Shown: piece by piece, positions 20,011 through 30,578 of the stretch
Position numbering within the stretch: position 1 is the stretch's first letter
Layout: every line of letters starts with the position of its first letter
Assembly: GCA_947478865.1 (NCBI GenBank)
Contig: CANJXF010000006.1
Span: 28,750-92,749, forward strand
DNA from: Verrucomicrobiales bacterium
GTDB taxonomy: Bacteria > Verrucomicrobiota > Verrucomicrobiia > Limisphaerales > CANJXF01
Direction of reading: 5' to 3'
Length of the DNA stretch: 64,000 nucleotides
Translations under genes and position numbers: made by a program
Notes under the pieces: generated by a model
What the model saw: the letters and a program-made list of their open reading frames with translations, nothing else
The model's database searches: none
Told to the model about the DNA's origin: nothing

Positions 20011-20466
20011 ATGAAACTATCCGAAGTCATCGCCGAATTACGAACTCTCAACGAACCTGCGCCAAAGCCGGCGCGACTGCCGACCGAAACCGAAGTGGCC
20101 GCGGTGGAGAAGCGTCTTGGAATCCGTTTCCAAACTGACTACCGTTATTTTCTGCTGCACGGCAGCGACATCATTTATGGAGCGGTCGAGCCGGCCATGG
20201 TTACGCCCGATGCGGGCCATTTGGATTTGGTTGAGCTAGCCACCGAGGCGTGGGAGGTGGGCGTGCCGGCCGAATTGCTGCCGTTTTGCGAATCAGACGG
20301 CGACTACTATTGCCTGAAAACGAATGGGCGCGTTCTTTATTGGTCGGATGAGGGCAGCATCAACGAGAGCTGGCCCAATCTCGCCACCTGGATTCAGCAG
20401 GTCTGGATGGAAGAACAAGAAGAGCAAGACGAGGACGAGGAGCCCGAAGAAGACGACGACGAATGA
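20011..20466 (+). CDS. SMI1/KNR4 (SUKH) family protein with acidic tail
   Basis: PTETEV...EKRLG..F..DYR.FL, LLPFCE.DGDYYCL and W.NLA.WI. Confidence 0.85.
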   Translation: MKLSEVIAELRTLNEPAPKPARLPTETEVAAVEKRLGIRFQTDYRYFLLHGSDIIYGAVEPAMVTPDAGHLDLVELATEAWEVGVPAELLPFCESDGDYYCLKTNGRVLYWSDEGSINESWPNLATWIQQVWMEEQEEQDEDEEPEEDDDE

Positions 20467-20526
20467 AAGCGGTCGACATGTCCCGGAGATAGGTTGAGTG
20501 GATAAGTGGCTTTCCGAATTGAAAAC

Positions 20527-21201
20527 TCATCGTAGCTGCTCCGCCTTGAATGCGCGCAAATCCTCCACCGCCCAATCGGGCTTGTGGGCGTGCAGTTCGT
20601 CGAGCTTGGAACCGCCGGTCGCCACAGCAAGAACCTTGGCGCCGATCGCGCGCGCGCAGCGGATGTCCAGCGGCGTGTCGCCAATCACCAGGACTTCTTC
20701 GCCGCGCAATTTCGTTTTCAAAACTTCTTCGCCGCGTTGCTTGGCGATGGCTGCGATCTGGTCGCGCTCCTCGTGGTCGTCGGCGAACCCGCCGAACGCG
20801 AACGATTTCCACAAGTTGTAATGGCGCAATTTGATTTCCGCGCCGCGCCGGATATTTCCGGTGAGCAAACCGATCGCTGGCGGATTGGATTGCAGGCGCA
20901 GTTCATTCAAAAGCGGATTCACTCCGGGACAGATACCGCCTTCGCACTGCAAAATCATTTGCTCCAGATGCGACAAGTAGGTTTCAAAGAAACGTTCGAA
21001 ATGGGTCGCGTCCGGGGTGATGCCGTGATGGGAAAAGAACTCGCGCACGAGCGAGACATCGGTGCGTCCGGCGAATTTTAATTTCTCCGCGCCGTTGGCG
21101 AGACCGAATTCCGTTTCAAACGCGCGCGTGAACGCCTTGACCCCCGCCCCGCCGGTGCGCACGAGCGTCCCGTCGATATCAAATAAAACCAGTTTAATCA
21201 T
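20527..21201 (-). CDS. HAD family hydrolase (phosphoglycolate phosphatase-like)
   Basis: LFDIDGTL, LLTGN and IGDTPLD. Confidence 0.9.
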   Translation of the reverse strand: MIKLVLFDIDGTLVRTGGAGVKAFTRAFETEFGLANGAEKLKFAGRTDVSLVREFFSHHGITPDATHFERFFETYLSHLEQMILQCEGGICPGVNPLLNELRLQSNPPAIGLLTGNIRRGAEIKLRHYNLWKSFAFGGFADDHEERDQIAAIAKQRGEEVLKTKLRGEEVLVIGDTPLDIRCARAIGAKVLAVATGGSKLDELHAHKPDWAVEDLRAFKAEQLR

Positions 21202-21247
21202 TTCGGCGACAATGGTAGGCTAGCCGTCAATCTTTCATCTCAAAAAA

Positions 21248-21928
21248 GTGGTGAGGCCGAAGAATTCAGTGAAAAACAAAATTGCCTTCACGTTGATCGA
21301 GCTCTTGGTCGTCATCGCGATCATCGCGATTCTCGCGGGGTTGTTGTTGCCCGCACTCGCCAAGGCAAAAGAAAAAGCCAATGCCACGCAGTGCCTGAAC
21401 AACCTGAAGCAATGGGGCTTGGCCACGCAGCTTTACGCCACCGACAACAACGACTATTTGCCGCCAGAAGGTTTTGGCAGCCCAGGAGCAGGCCCCATCA
21501 CGAGCAGCGCCTGGTATGTTGATTTGCCGAAAATGCTGGGCCTTCCGGCTTACGACACGATGCCATGGCGCACGAATGCGATCAAACCAGCGCTTTCCCT
21601 CTTCGTTTGTCCGTCCAATCCGCGGCTCAGCAATGGCAACAATCTTTTCCATTACTGTCTCAACGAAAACGTCGATGGAACCGGCGTCAACGACAAGCCA
21701 ACGAAAATTGGCTCGATCAACAACCCAACCCAGATGGTCTGGATCTTTGATTCGAAAAACCTCCCCGCCGTTGGCGGATGGACCTTCGTTCACACCAATC
21801 TCCACAGCAAAGGCGCGCAGTTCACTTTTCTCGACGGCCACGCGGCGCGATTTAGAAGCGCGGATTACTGGGATTTCGCCAGCAACACAGCGCGCACAAA
21901 CAATCCGAATCTCCGCTGGATTCCCTGA
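21248..21928 (+). CDS. Prepilin-type N-terminal cleavage/methylation protein with H-X9-DG motif (PVC expanded family)
   Basis: [40 protein letters not shown] and [13 protein letters not shown]. Confidence 0.88.
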   Translation: MVRPKNSVKNKIAFTLIELLVVIAIIAILAGLLLPALAKAKEKANATQCLNNLKQWGLATQLYATDNNDYLPPEGFGSPGAGPITSSAWYVDLPKMLGLPAYDTMPWRTNAIKPALSLFVCPSNPRLSNGNNLFHYCLNENVDGTGVNDKPTKIGSINNPTQMVWIFDSKNLPAVGGWTFVHTNLHSKGAQFTFLDGHAARFRSADYWDFASNTARTNNPNLRWIP

Positions 21929-21983
21929 CGAATCTTTTCCAAATTCTTTGCCTTGCCGACTGGCTCCCGGTTAAATTTCGCGG

Positions 21984-23381
21984 ATGAAATCCCGCCCCAA
22001 TTTGCTTTTCATCCTCTGCTGTTTTCTTGGCAGTCTGCTTCCGCTGGCTCAAGCAGTCGCGCGTCCGCCGAACATCATCATCATTCTCGCTGACGACCTC
22101 GGTTACGGCGACCTCGGTTGCTACGGTCATCCGAGCATTCGCACGCCGAACCTCGACCGCATGGCTGCCGAAGGAATGCGCTTCACTGATTTTTACGTTG
22201 CCGCCACCGTCTGCACACCGAGCCGCGCGGCATTGCTCACTGGCCGTTTGCCCATCCGCACCGGCATGGCGGGAAGCGAATCGCGTCGCGTGCTTTACGG
22301 AGTTTCAACCGGCGGTCTGCCGACGAACGAAGTCACGATTGCCACTGCGCTCAAATCGAAGAATTACGCCACCGCCTGCATCGGCAAATGGCATCTTGGC
22401 CACCTGCCACAATTCCTGCCGACCTCGCACGGTTTTGACTCCTACTTCGGCTTGCTCTGGTCCAACGACATGGAGCCGAATGGGAAAAATGCCAAACGCG
22501 CCTCGCAAGACCTCGATGCCGATCAGTCCTGGTGGAAACCTTCGCTCTACCGGAATGATAAGGTCATCGAGCAGCCGACCGACTTGTCGTTGTTAACAAA
22601 ACGTTACACCGCCGAGGCAACACAATTTATTCGCGACCATAAAAAGAAGCCGTTCTTCCTCTATCTCCCTCACACCTACCCGCACATGCCGCTGTTTGCT
22701 TCAAAAAATTTCAAGGGAACCTCGGCTCGCGGTTTATATGGAGACGTCGTGCAGGAGCTAGACTGGAGCGTCGGACAAATTCTGGAAACGTTGCGCAAAG
22801 AGAACTTGGCGGAAAATACCTTGGTGTTTTTCACCAGCGACAATGGCCCCTGGCTGATCAAGGAACTTGCCGGCGGCTCGGCCGGCCCGCTCCGCGAAGG
22901 CAAAGGCAGCACGTGGGAAGGCGGCATGCGCGAACCGGCCATCGCCTGGTGGCCGAAAAAGATCAAGGCTGGCGGCGTCACCAGCGCGCTCGCTTCCTCG
23001 CTGGATTTGATTAACACCTGCGCCGCGCTGGCCGGCGCGACGCTGCCCAAAGACCGAACGATGGATGGCGTCAACCTCGCGCCGATTCTTTTTGGAAACG
23101 GAAAAAGCGAACGTGACCTGATGTTTTATTATCGCGGAAACGAACTGTTCGCGGTGCGCAAAGGGGATTTTAAAGCGCACTTCCAAACCGCGCCGGGCTA
23201 CCCGGGAAATCGAGCGCAGGACAAATTTGAAAAGCACGAAACACCGCTGTTGTTCAACCTCGTGCAGGACCCCGGGGAGCGATTCAACATCGCCAGCGCC
23301 CACGCCGATGTGCTCGCCGACATCCAGCGCGAAGTCGCAAAGCATCGCGCCAACCTGGTCCCCGGCACGCCACAATATTGA
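21984..23381 (+). CDS. Secreted Cys-type sulfatase (arylsulfatase A-like)
   Basis: [23 protein letters not shown] (CxPxR), GKWHLG and SDNG. Confidence 0.95.
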   Translation: MKSRPNLLFILCCFLGSLLPLAQAVARPPNIIIILADDLGYGDLGCYGHPSIRTPNLDRMAAEGMRFTDFYVAATVCTPSRAALLTGRLPIRTGMAGSESRRVLYGVSTGGLPTNEVTIATALKSKNYATACIGKWHLGHLPQFLPTSHGFDSYFGLLWSNDMEPNGKNAKRASQDLDADQSWWKPSLYRNDKVIEQPTDLSLLTKRYTAEATQFIRDHKKKPFFLYLPHTYPHMPLFASKNFKGTSARGLYGDVVQELDWSVGQILETLRKENLAENTLVFFTSDNGPWLIKELAGGSAGPLREGKGSTWEGGMREPAIAWWPKKIKAGGVTSALASSLDLINTCAALAGATLPKDRTMDGVNLAPILFGNGKSERDLMFYYRGNELFAVRKGDFKAHFQTAPGYPGNRAQDKFEKHETPLLFNLVQDPGERFNIASAHADVLADIQREVAKHRANLVPGTPQY

Positions 23382-23397
23382 TTCTGCCACGAACGAA

Positions 23398-23503
23398 GGA
23401 GCGCGGCATTTATGCCGCTTCAAGATGGCAACAAGAGAAGCGGTCCGGACTTTATTTGCGCGAGGCTTGACGCATTGATCAAGGGGCATGAACTCAGCAC
23501 TCC
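23398..23503. repeat. Degenerate REP/REPIN-like inverted-repeat element
   Basis: Left arm GGAGCGCGGCATTTATGCCGCTTCAA (23398-23423) has an internal palindrome GCGGCAT-tt-ATGCCGC. Right arm ATCAAGGGGCATGAACTCAGCACTCC (23478-23503) matches its reverse complement at 18 of 26 positions by manual alignment. Confidence 0.5.
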
Positions 23504-23565
23504 CGCAAGCTTTGTCTCGTAAACCCTGCTGGAGTTTCATCCGAAACTAATTACGCTGCGCCGCA

Positions 23566-24282
23566 ATGAATTGGCCTCTCATCATCGCCATCCTGTCCTG
23601 CGCTGGCTTCGTGCAAGGCATGACCGGCTTTGGCTTCGGACTCGTTTCGATGTCCCTCTTGCCCGCGATTCTCGGCCTGAAGCAAGCCGCGGCGATCGGC
23701 ACCTTTTATGGATTGCTCGTGATCATTGGGACCTTCATTCGGCACTACCGCGATTACAATTGGCGCCTCGGAATCCCCTTCCTGATCAGCTCCTGCATCG
23801 GCGTGCCTGTGGGTGTTTATTTTCTGGAAAATCTGAATGAAGGACTTCTGCTCAAAGTGCTCGGCGTGGTGATGGTCTATTTTGCCGTGCGGGAATTCGT
23901 TTTCAAAAAACGCCTGGAAAGCATCAGCACTCCCACGTCTATTCCGTTCGGTCTGTTCAGCGGCTGCTTGAGCGGTGCGTTTAATCTCGGCGGAATTCCC
24001 ACCGCGACCTACGCCTACGCGCACCCCTGGACGCGCGGACAAATCATGGCGTTTTTGCAAACCATGTTGATCCTCAGTTGCACGCTGCGCCTTTTTCTCT
24101 ACGGCAAAATTGGCTATCTCAAGGAGTTTTCCTGGAGCTTCGGCGCGATCGTCGCGGTGCCGCTGTTCGCCTCGATGTTTTTCGGCAACTACGTCATGAG
24201 CCGCATTCATCCCAGGCATATGCGGAAAGGGATTTTTGCGTTCATCGGCCTGGCGGGACTTTACTACTTGTTTCTTCACTGA
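23566..24282 (+). CDS. TauE/SafE family sulfite exporter
   Basis: AGFVQGMTGFGFG and SG.LSGAF..GG.P repeats; about 8 TM helices. Confidence 0.88.
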   Translation: MNWPLIIAILSCAGFVQGMTGFGFGLVSMSLLPAILGLKQAAAIGTFYGLLVIIGTFIRHYRDYNWRLGIPFLISSCIGVPVGVYFLENLNEGLLLKVLGVVMVYFAVREFVFKKRLESISTPTSIPFGLFSGCLSGAFNLGGIPTATYAYAHPWTRGQIMAFLQTMLILSCTLRLFLYGKIGYLKEFSWSFGAIVAVPLFASMFFGNYVMSRIHPRHMRKGIFAFIGLAGLYYLFLH

Positions 24283-24358
24283 ATCGAACTCACGAGAGCG
24301 CGTTGACTTTCCAGAAAAAAATTAGCAGGCTCGCGTCGTTCCCGTTTCAACAAATTGC

Positions 24359-24559
24359 ATGAAAACAAAAATCATTCCCGTTCTCCTGCTCGCCGTGGTG
24401 GCGATCGTTCTCCAAGGCTGCATCGCCTTTCCGCCGTTGGTTCAGGTGGAGCATAAAGAATCCGCCAACAACAACGACGCCATCATGCGCAAACTCGATT
24501 CAATCGAACGCCGCCTGGACAATCTTGAAAAACGGCCGATGAACCGCCCGCCGCAATAA
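24359..24559 (+). CDS. Small lipoprotein with coiled-coil tail
   Basis: Lipobox VLQGC; heptad RKLDSIERRLDNLEK. Ends 2 bp before ridA. Confidence 0.65.
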   Translation: MKTKIIPVLLLAVVAIVLQGCIAFPPLVQVEHKESANNNDAIMRKLDSIERRLDNLEKRPMNRPPQ

Positions 24560-24561
24560 TC

Positions 24562-24948
24562 ATGGCCAAAAAAGAAATCAAACATCCGGAAAAAGAGAAA
24601 AGCACCGGCGCCTATTCCGCCGGCGTGGAAATCGATGGCTGGGTCTTTGTCAGCGGACAAGGCCCGCTCGATTCGAAAACAGCTGAGGTGATTCGCGGCA
24701 GCATCGAGGAAGAAACATTGCTCGCGCTGTCGCATATCGAAAAAATCCTGCGCGCCGCCGGTTGCACGTTGCACGACGTCGTCAAAAGCACCGTGCATCT
24801 CTCAGACATCAAGGACTTCGACCGTTTCAACGCCGTTTACAAAAACTTTTTCAAGGACGTCTCCGTCCTGCCTGCGCGAACTACCGTCCAATCGGTCCTG
24901 TGGGGCGGCATCAAAGTGGAGATCGATGTCGTGGCGAAGAAGAGTTGA
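24562..24948 (+). CDS. RidA/YjgF family enamine deaminase
   Basis: GAYS, FVSGQ, DVVK.TV.L and PARTTV...KVEID. Confidence 0.92.
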   Translation: MAKKEIKHPEKEKSTGAYSAGVEIDGWVFVSGQGPLDSKTAEVIRGSIEEETLLALSHIEKILRAAGCTLHDVVKSTVHLSDIKDFDRFNAVYKNFFKDVSVLPARTTVQSVLWGGIKVEIDVVAKKS

Positions 24949-24976
24949 TTCCACAAAGTCTCAAGACACGGCTCAC

Positions 24977-25723
24977 TTAATCCATCTCCAGCGAAGCCAG
25001 CACCTCCGGGTCGCGCACATCCACCCAGCGACCTTGAATTTCCAGGCCGGCAATTTTTTCCCCAGCGGCGAGCATCGCGATGATCGCGTCGGTTAATTCG
25101 TATTCGCCGCGCGGCGACTTTTGCAGCTTGGCCGTGAATTCGAAAAGCGTCGGTTTGAAAATGTAAATCCCGGCGTTGTACCAGGCGGTATCGCCTTCTT
25201 TCAGCAAACCTTCGCGATGAAGTTCGTCGAGTTGCGCGGCGCTTGGCTTTTCCACCAACCGCGTGAGACAGAATTCGTGATCGAAAAAGTTCAAGCCGCC
25301 CTTCGTCACATCCTGGCTGCCGGTCGCGGTGACCAATCCGGAGAAGGTTCCCTCGCCAAAACGCTCGATCATTTGCCCGTAGGTTTCGGGCTTCACCAAA
25401 ATGTCGCCGTAGGTGAGAACAAAATTATCGTCACCCACAAAATCTTTGGCGAGTTCAGGCGCTTTGCCGGTTCCGTCCAGAACCACTTGCCGCCCATAGG
25501 AAATTTTCACGCCGAGTTTTTGGCCATCGCCAAAATAGGTTTCGATCGTTTCCGCCTTGAACCCGGTCACGATAAAAAACTCGCGCACTCCGGCCGTCAT
25601 CAGCCCTTCGATGATGTGTTCGAGAATGGGTTTCCCCTGCACTTTCAACATCGGCTTGGGAACTTCGTTGGTGAGTTCGCGCATCCGCGTTCCTTTTCCC
25701 GCAGCTAAAATGACAGCTTTCAT
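24977..25723 (-). CDS. Sugar-phosphate nucleotidyltransferase (NTP_transferase)
   Basis: AVILAAGKGTRM..LT...PKPM, YGD, VEKP, NAGIY and SPRGEYELTD. Confidence 0.9.
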   Translation of the reverse strand: MKAVILAAGKGTRMRELTNEVPKPMLKVQGKPILEHIIEGLMTAGVREFFIVTGFKAETIETYFGDGQKLGVKISYGRQVVLDGTGKAPELAKDFVGDDNFVLTYGDILVKPETYGQMIERFGEGTFSGLVTATGSQDVTKGGLNFFDHEFCLTRLVEKPSAAQLDELHREGLLKEGDTAWYNAGIYIFKPTLFEFTAKLQKSPRGEYELTDAIIAMLAAGEKIAGLEIQGRWVDVRDPEVLASLEMD

Positions 25724-25812
25724 CTACTCACAAAGGAACATGGATAATTTGAATTCAAAAGAAATTTTTCCTCGCGTCGGCGAATCACTGTAAACAAAAT
25801 ATAGAAAATCAC

Positions 25813-28800
25813 ATGAAACTTCTTCTTTCTTTCGCCTTTTGCTCAATGCTCGCCGGGAATGCTTTCGCCGTCGGCAAGCAACTCACGGGCGAGCATGAGC
25901 CCGCCCATTCCCCTGCGCTCTCGCCCGCCGATGCGCAAAAGCAATTTGTCGTTCCGCCCGGGTTTGAAGTGCGTTTGTTCGCTTCCGAGCCGGACGTGAT
26001 CAATCCCGTCGCCATGACCTGGGATGAGCGCGGGCGTTTGTGGGTGGTGGAGCTTTACGAATATCCCGAAGGCGCTCCTGCTGGAACAAAAGGCCGCGAT
26101 CGCATCAAAATTTTGGAAGACACGAACAACGACGGCCGTGCCGACAAGGTAACCGTCTTCGCCGATGGATTGAATCTCGCGACTGGTATTTTGATCGGTA
26201 ACGGCGGCGTTTACGTCGGACAAGCTCCCGATCTGCTCTTCCTGCAGGACACAAATCACGACGACGTCGCCGATACGCGCAAAGTTTTGATGACCGGTTT
26301 CGGCCTGCACGACCGCCACGAATTGCTCAACGGTTTCACCTGGGGACCGGACGGCCAGCTTTATATGACGCACGGCGTTTTCACGCATTCCAAAGTCAAA
26401 ATTCCCGAAGCCACCGAGCCCGGCATCGAAATGAATGCGGCCGTGGCGCGATTTCATCCCATCACGAAAAAATTCGAGATCTACGCCGACGGCACGAGCA
26501 ATCCGTGGGGGGTTGATTTTGATAAATACGGCAACGCGTTCGTCAGCGCGTGCGTCATCGACCATTTATTTCACTTGGCACCCGGCGGAATTTACGAGCG
26601 GCAAGGCGGCATCCCCGGCAATCCTTACGCCTACGAACTTCTGCCCTCGATCGTCAAACACAACCACCATCGCGCGGCGTATTGCGGCATCTGCATTTAT
26701 CAGGGGGACAATTTTCCCGAGGAGTATCGCGGTCGCGTTTTCATGGGCAACATCCATCAAAACGCGATCAATCAAGATCGCCTGATTCCCAATGGCTCCA
26801 GCTTCAACGCCGTGGCGGAAAAAGATTTTCTTACGACGACCGATGGCTGGTTCCGCGCGGTGAGCGAACAGGTTGGACCGGATGGCGCACTCTGGGTCGC
26901 CGATTGGTACGACAAATATCCGTGCTACCAAAACGCGAAAGCCGATCCGGAAGGCGTGGACCGCGAGCGCGGAAGAATCTGGCGCGTGGTTTACACTGGC
27001 AAAGATGCGGGGAAGAAAATGGGTTCGCGGCCGGATACGAAGATGGATTTAACAAAATCCAAAAGCGAAGATCTCGTGAAGTTATTGGAGCATCCGAATG
27101 TGTGGCAAAGGAGAACAGCGCAACGTTTGTTGCAGGAACGGGGAAGCGGATTGGGTGACATAAATAATGCAATACGTCTTTTGAAGCACAGTCAACCAAT
27201 CGAAACACGCTTAGCCGCTTTCTGGGTATTACAACAACGTGGGGATATGTTCCCATTGTTCTGGGAGCCAAGTGTTGCTCCTCCGCAGAAAGACCCCTTC
27301 CGCGATTGGATTTTTGCCCGGCGTATTGGCGAACGGCGAGATTCATCTTCCGACGCTCTACTGACTTTAGAAAGGCTTGCCTCCAATTCGGACTCTTCCG
27401 TTCGCCTCGCCGTTGCCACCGCGTGCCGCCAACTCGTCTCCAGTTCTCTCACCATTGATACCGACATCGACACCAGCGTTCCTGCTGGAAAAATTCTAAC
27501 CGCACTCATCAAATCTTCCGCCGACGCGAAAGACCCATTGATTCCGTTCATGATCTGGATGGCGAGCGAGCCCCTCGTGGCCGCGAATCCAAAGCCCGGT
27601 TTGCAATGGCTCGCGCAAAATGGCGCGGATACCTTGCCGCTGTCCGGAATTCTCACGCGCAAAGCGATGCACCGCATCTGTGACACCGGCGAAGCGGCCA
27701 AGATGGATGCGGCGGTCGAATTTCTCATGGCGGTTGCCGACAAAAACAGCGCGCTCACCATCGCTGCGCTGGACGGCTTGATTGAAGGGCAAAAAGCGAA
27801 ACCCATCCTTCCGGTCGGCGACACCAAAGCGGTTCTGGCGAAGTTGAATGAAAGCCCCAACGCCGATGTGAAAAAACGCACGCAACAACTCGGCGCGCTT
27901 TGGGGCGACGCCACCGCCATTCGCGCCACCGTGGCCAAAATATCCCAGCAACAGCTCAGCGCCCCGGAACGAATCCAGGCCATTCAGGCCGCGAAACAAA
28001 CGAAAACCCAAGACCTCCTGGACGCGCTGATCGTCACAGTCAAAAGTGATCCTGACCAGGCGGTTCGACAGGAAGCACTCCGGGCGTTCGTTATTTTTTC
28101 GGATTATAATTTACCAAAACTCGCGCTCGATCTTTGGAAGGAATTCCCGGTTCAAACCCGCAAAGTCGCAGTGGATGTCATGGCTTCTCGCTCCTCCTGG
28201 GCCAAGGCGCTGCTCGAAGCCGTGGCGAGAGGCACCATTTCACGGAATGACATTTCGGCGTCCGTCATTCGCACGCTGCACCAGAGCCGCGATGAAGTCG
28301 TGCGCGACGAAGCTGACGTGGTCCTCGGCAAATTCCGTGAAGCCACCGCCGACAAGGTCAAACTGATCAAGGAAAAGCGCAGAGAGGTTCTGAGCGGCAC
28401 ACCGAACATCGAGCACGGCCACGAGCTGGCCAAAAAGACCTGCTTCGTTTGCCACAAACTTTACAATGAAGGCGCGGAAGTTGGCCCTGACCTCACGGGC
28501 GTGGGCCGATCCACCCTCGATGCGCTGCTCGCCAACGTGATCGATCCCAACCAGGTCATCGGCAAAGGCTACGAAAATGTCATGGTGGAAACCAAAGATG
28601 GACGCTCCATCAGCGGTCGAATGATCGAGAATTCAGATTCGCAAATAAAGCTTCTGGCGATCGGCCCCGTGGAAACTGTCGTGGCGAAATCGGACATCGC
28701 TTCGATGAAGGTCAGCGAACTCTCCGTGATGCCGGAGGGCTTGGAGCAGATGCCCGATGACGATTTCCGGGACTTGATCTGGTTTATCCTGAACCCGCCG

Positions 28801-28851
28801 CAAGAAGGCGCACTCACGCCCGCAAAACGCGCGACGCTGACTGCAAAATGA
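25813..28851 (+). CDS. PVC-type membrane-bound dehydrogenase / haem c (CxxCH) protein
   Basis: Signal peptide; PGFEV.LFASEP...NPVAM.WDERGRLWV beta-propeller, HEAT-like repeats, then CFVCH...GPDLT and SVMPEGLE. Confidence 0.92.
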   Translation: MKLLLSFAFCSMLAGNAFAVGKQLTGEHEPAHSPALSPADAQKQFVVPPGFEVRLFASEPDVINPVAMTWDERGRLWVVELYEYPEGAPAGTKGRDRIKILEDTNNDGRADKVTVFADGLNLATGILIGNGGVYVGQAPDLLFLQDTNHDDVADTRKVLMTGFGLHDRHELLNGFTWGPDGQLYMTHGVFTHSKVKIPEATEPGIEMNAAVARFHPITKKFEIYADGTSNPWGVDFDKYGNAFVSACVIDHLFHLAPGGIYERQGGIPGNPYAYELLPSIVKHNHHRAAYCGICIYQGDNFPEEYRGRVFMGNIHQNAINQDRLIPNGSSFNAVAEKDFLTTTDGWFRAVSEQVGPDGALWVADWYDKYPCYQNAKADPEGVDRERGRIWRVVYTGKDAGKKMGSRPDTKMDLTKSKSEDLVKLLEHPNVWQRRTAQRLLQERGSGLGDINNAIRLLKHSQPIETRLAAFWVLQQRGDMFPLFWEPSVAPPQKDPFRDWIFARRIGERRDSSSDALLTLERLASNSDSSVRLAVATACRQLVSSSLTIDTDIDTSVPAGKILTALIKSSADAKDPLIPFMIWMASEPLVAANPKPGLQWLAQNGADTLPLSGILTRKAMHRICDTGEAAKMDAAVEFLMAVADKNSALTIAALDGLIEGQKAKPILPVGDTKAVLAKLNESPNADVKKRTQQLGALWGDATAIRATVAKISQQQLSAPERIQAIQAAKQTKTQDLLDALIVTVKSDPDQAVRQEALRAFVIFSDYNLPKLALDLWKEFPVQTRKVAVDVMASRSSWAKALLEAVARGTISRNDISASVIRTLHQSRDEVVRDEADVVLGKFREATADKVKLIKEKRREVLSGTPNIEHGHELAKKTCFVCHKLYNEGAEVGPDLTGVGRSTLDALLANVIDPNQVIGKGYENVMVETKDGRSISGRMIENSDSQIKLLAIGPVETVVAKSDIASMKVSELSVMPEGLEQMPDDDFRDLIWFILNPPQEGALTPAKRATLTAK

Positions 28852-28885
28852 TCAGCCTTCACCCGCACCACGGCTGATTCACAAA

Positions 28886-30007
28886 ATGCGCGAGCGTTTG
28901 GCTATGCTGGATTCAGAGAGAGCAAAGCCGATCGCGCCGGCAAGATTCACGGCAGTCGATGCGCTGCGCGGATTCGATATGTTCTGGATTGTCGGCGGCG
29001 ATGTTTTGATTCGCGCGCTCCCGAAACTCCATGACTCACCGTTGACCCGCGGACTGGCCGAGCAAATGGAGCATTGCGACTGGGCGGGGTTCCATTTTTA
29101 CGACCTGATCTTTCCGCTGTTCGTTTTCATTGTCGGCGTGGCGATTCCATTTTCGATTCCAAAAATCATTGAGCGCGACGGGAAACCGGCGGCGATCAAA
29201 CGAATCGCCTTTCGCTCTGTCATTTTATTTCTGCTCGGCATTTTTTATATGGGCGGCATGGCGAACGGTTTTAAGAATGTCTATCTCGCGGGCGTTTTGC
29301 ACCGCATCGCCGTCGCTTACTTTTTTGCGGCACTACTTTTCTGCCTCTTCAAACCGCGGATGTTGATTGCGATCACCATTCTGTTTCTTCTTGGCTACTG
29401 GGCGTTGCTGACATTTGTGCCGGTTCCCGGAATCGGTGCGGCTTCCTACGAACAAGGCAAAAATCTTGCGTTCTGGATTGACCAGAATTTTCTGCCAGGC
29501 CGGAAATTTGAAGGAACCTTGCTGAGCACGTTGCCCGCCGTGGCGAATTGTTTGCTCGGAATTTTCGCCGGGCTGCTTTTAAAAACCACAGATCTTTCCG
29601 AACGGCAGAAAGTGGGCTGGCTGCTCGGCGGCGGGTTGGCCAGCCTGATCCTTGGTTTAATCTGGGCGCAACATTTTCCAATCATTAAGCTGCTGTGGAC
29701 TTCCTCTTACGTGCTGGTCGCGTGCGGCATCAGCGCCATTCTGCTCGGCGCGTTTCATCAAATCATCGACGTCTGGAGATTTCAAAAATGGGCGCAGCCG
29801 TTTGTCTGGATTGGCATGAACGCGATCACGATTTATCTCGTTTCAGCCATCGTCGGCTTCCAGAAACTCGCGGGACGATTCGTGGGCGGGGACATCGCCC
29901 ACGCACTCGGATCGTCCGCTGATTTCGTAAAATCGATCGTCGCCCTGGCCTTGGTTTTTTGGTTTGTGTTTTTTCTGCATCGAAGAAAACTTTTTCTGCG
30001 TCTTTAG
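28886..30007 (+). CDS. DUF5009 / HGSNAT-like membrane acetyltransferase
   Basis: DALRGFDMFWI, DLIFP.F.FIVG, GVL.RIA, PIIK.LWTSSY and G.NAITIY. Confidence 0.85.
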   Translation: MRERLAMLDSERAKPIAPARFTAVDALRGFDMFWIVGGDVLIRALPKLHDSPLTRGLAEQMEHCDWAGFHFYDLIFPLFVFIVGVAIPFSIPKIIERDGKPAAIKRIAFRSVILFLLGIFYMGGMANGFKNVYLAGVLHRIAVAYFFAALLFCLFKPRMLIAITILFLLGYWALLTFVPVPGIGAASYEQGKNLAFWIDQNFLPGRKFEGTLLSTLPAVANCLLGIFAGLLLKTTDLSERQKVGWLLGGGLASLILGLIWAQHFPIIKLLWTSSYVLVACGISAILLGAFHQIIDVWRFQKWAQPFVWIGMNAITIYLVSAIVGFQKLAGRFVGGDIAHALGSSADFVKSIVALALVFWFVFFLHRRKLFLRL

Positions 30008-30085
30008 GAAAAATGCTTTTGTGGACCGGGTTTGACATTCCCATCCAGTGGGCAGATATCTAAATTGTCACCTCCAAGTCTTTTT

Positions 30086-30475
30086 ATGAATGTCGAGCTA
30101 ACCGATTTTGTCACGGTGTTTAGAACGGGACAACTCGTTCAAATGGATTGGGCATCCAATGCGCTGCAAGAGGCCGGGATTCCCTTTCAACGGCGCGAGG
30201 AAATATCGGGCGGACTCTGGCTAGCCATGCCAACGGCGCCAATGACAGGGCCGGGAACCTGGTGGGCGGTTATCGTGCCGAAATCCCATCTCACGGAAGC
30301 GAAAGAAGTTCTGTCGGGCCTCCCGTTCGAGCAGAGCACGACGCCGGATGTCTGGGATTTTCAGCCGAAGCCGGGGGTGAAATTAGGCTGGCAAATTTAT
30401 TCAGGAATCCTCCTGGCAGCCATAGGGATTGGCGCCGTCATTTGGGCTCTCAATGTTTTCAAGCTGTTGCGCTAA
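30086..30475 (+). CDS. DUF2007-like protein with C-terminal TM helix
   Basis: FVTVF...ALQEAGIPF...V.VP......A..VL pattern plus a terminal hydrophobic helix. Confidence 0.6.
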   Translation: MNVELTDFVTVFRTGQLVQMDWASNALQEAGIPFQRREEISGGLWLAMPTAPMTGPGTWWAVIVPKSHLTEAKEVLSGLPFEQSTTPDVWDFQPKPGVKLGWQIYSGILLAAIGIGAVIWALNVFKLLR

Positions 30476-30578
30476 TCGACTTTCGCTTCCTGCGAGATTT
30501 GCGCTCTGCCTGAATTCGATCGTGCACAATAATTCTTCCAGACTTGCCAGATATCTCTCAGCCAGCTAACACCGTTCC

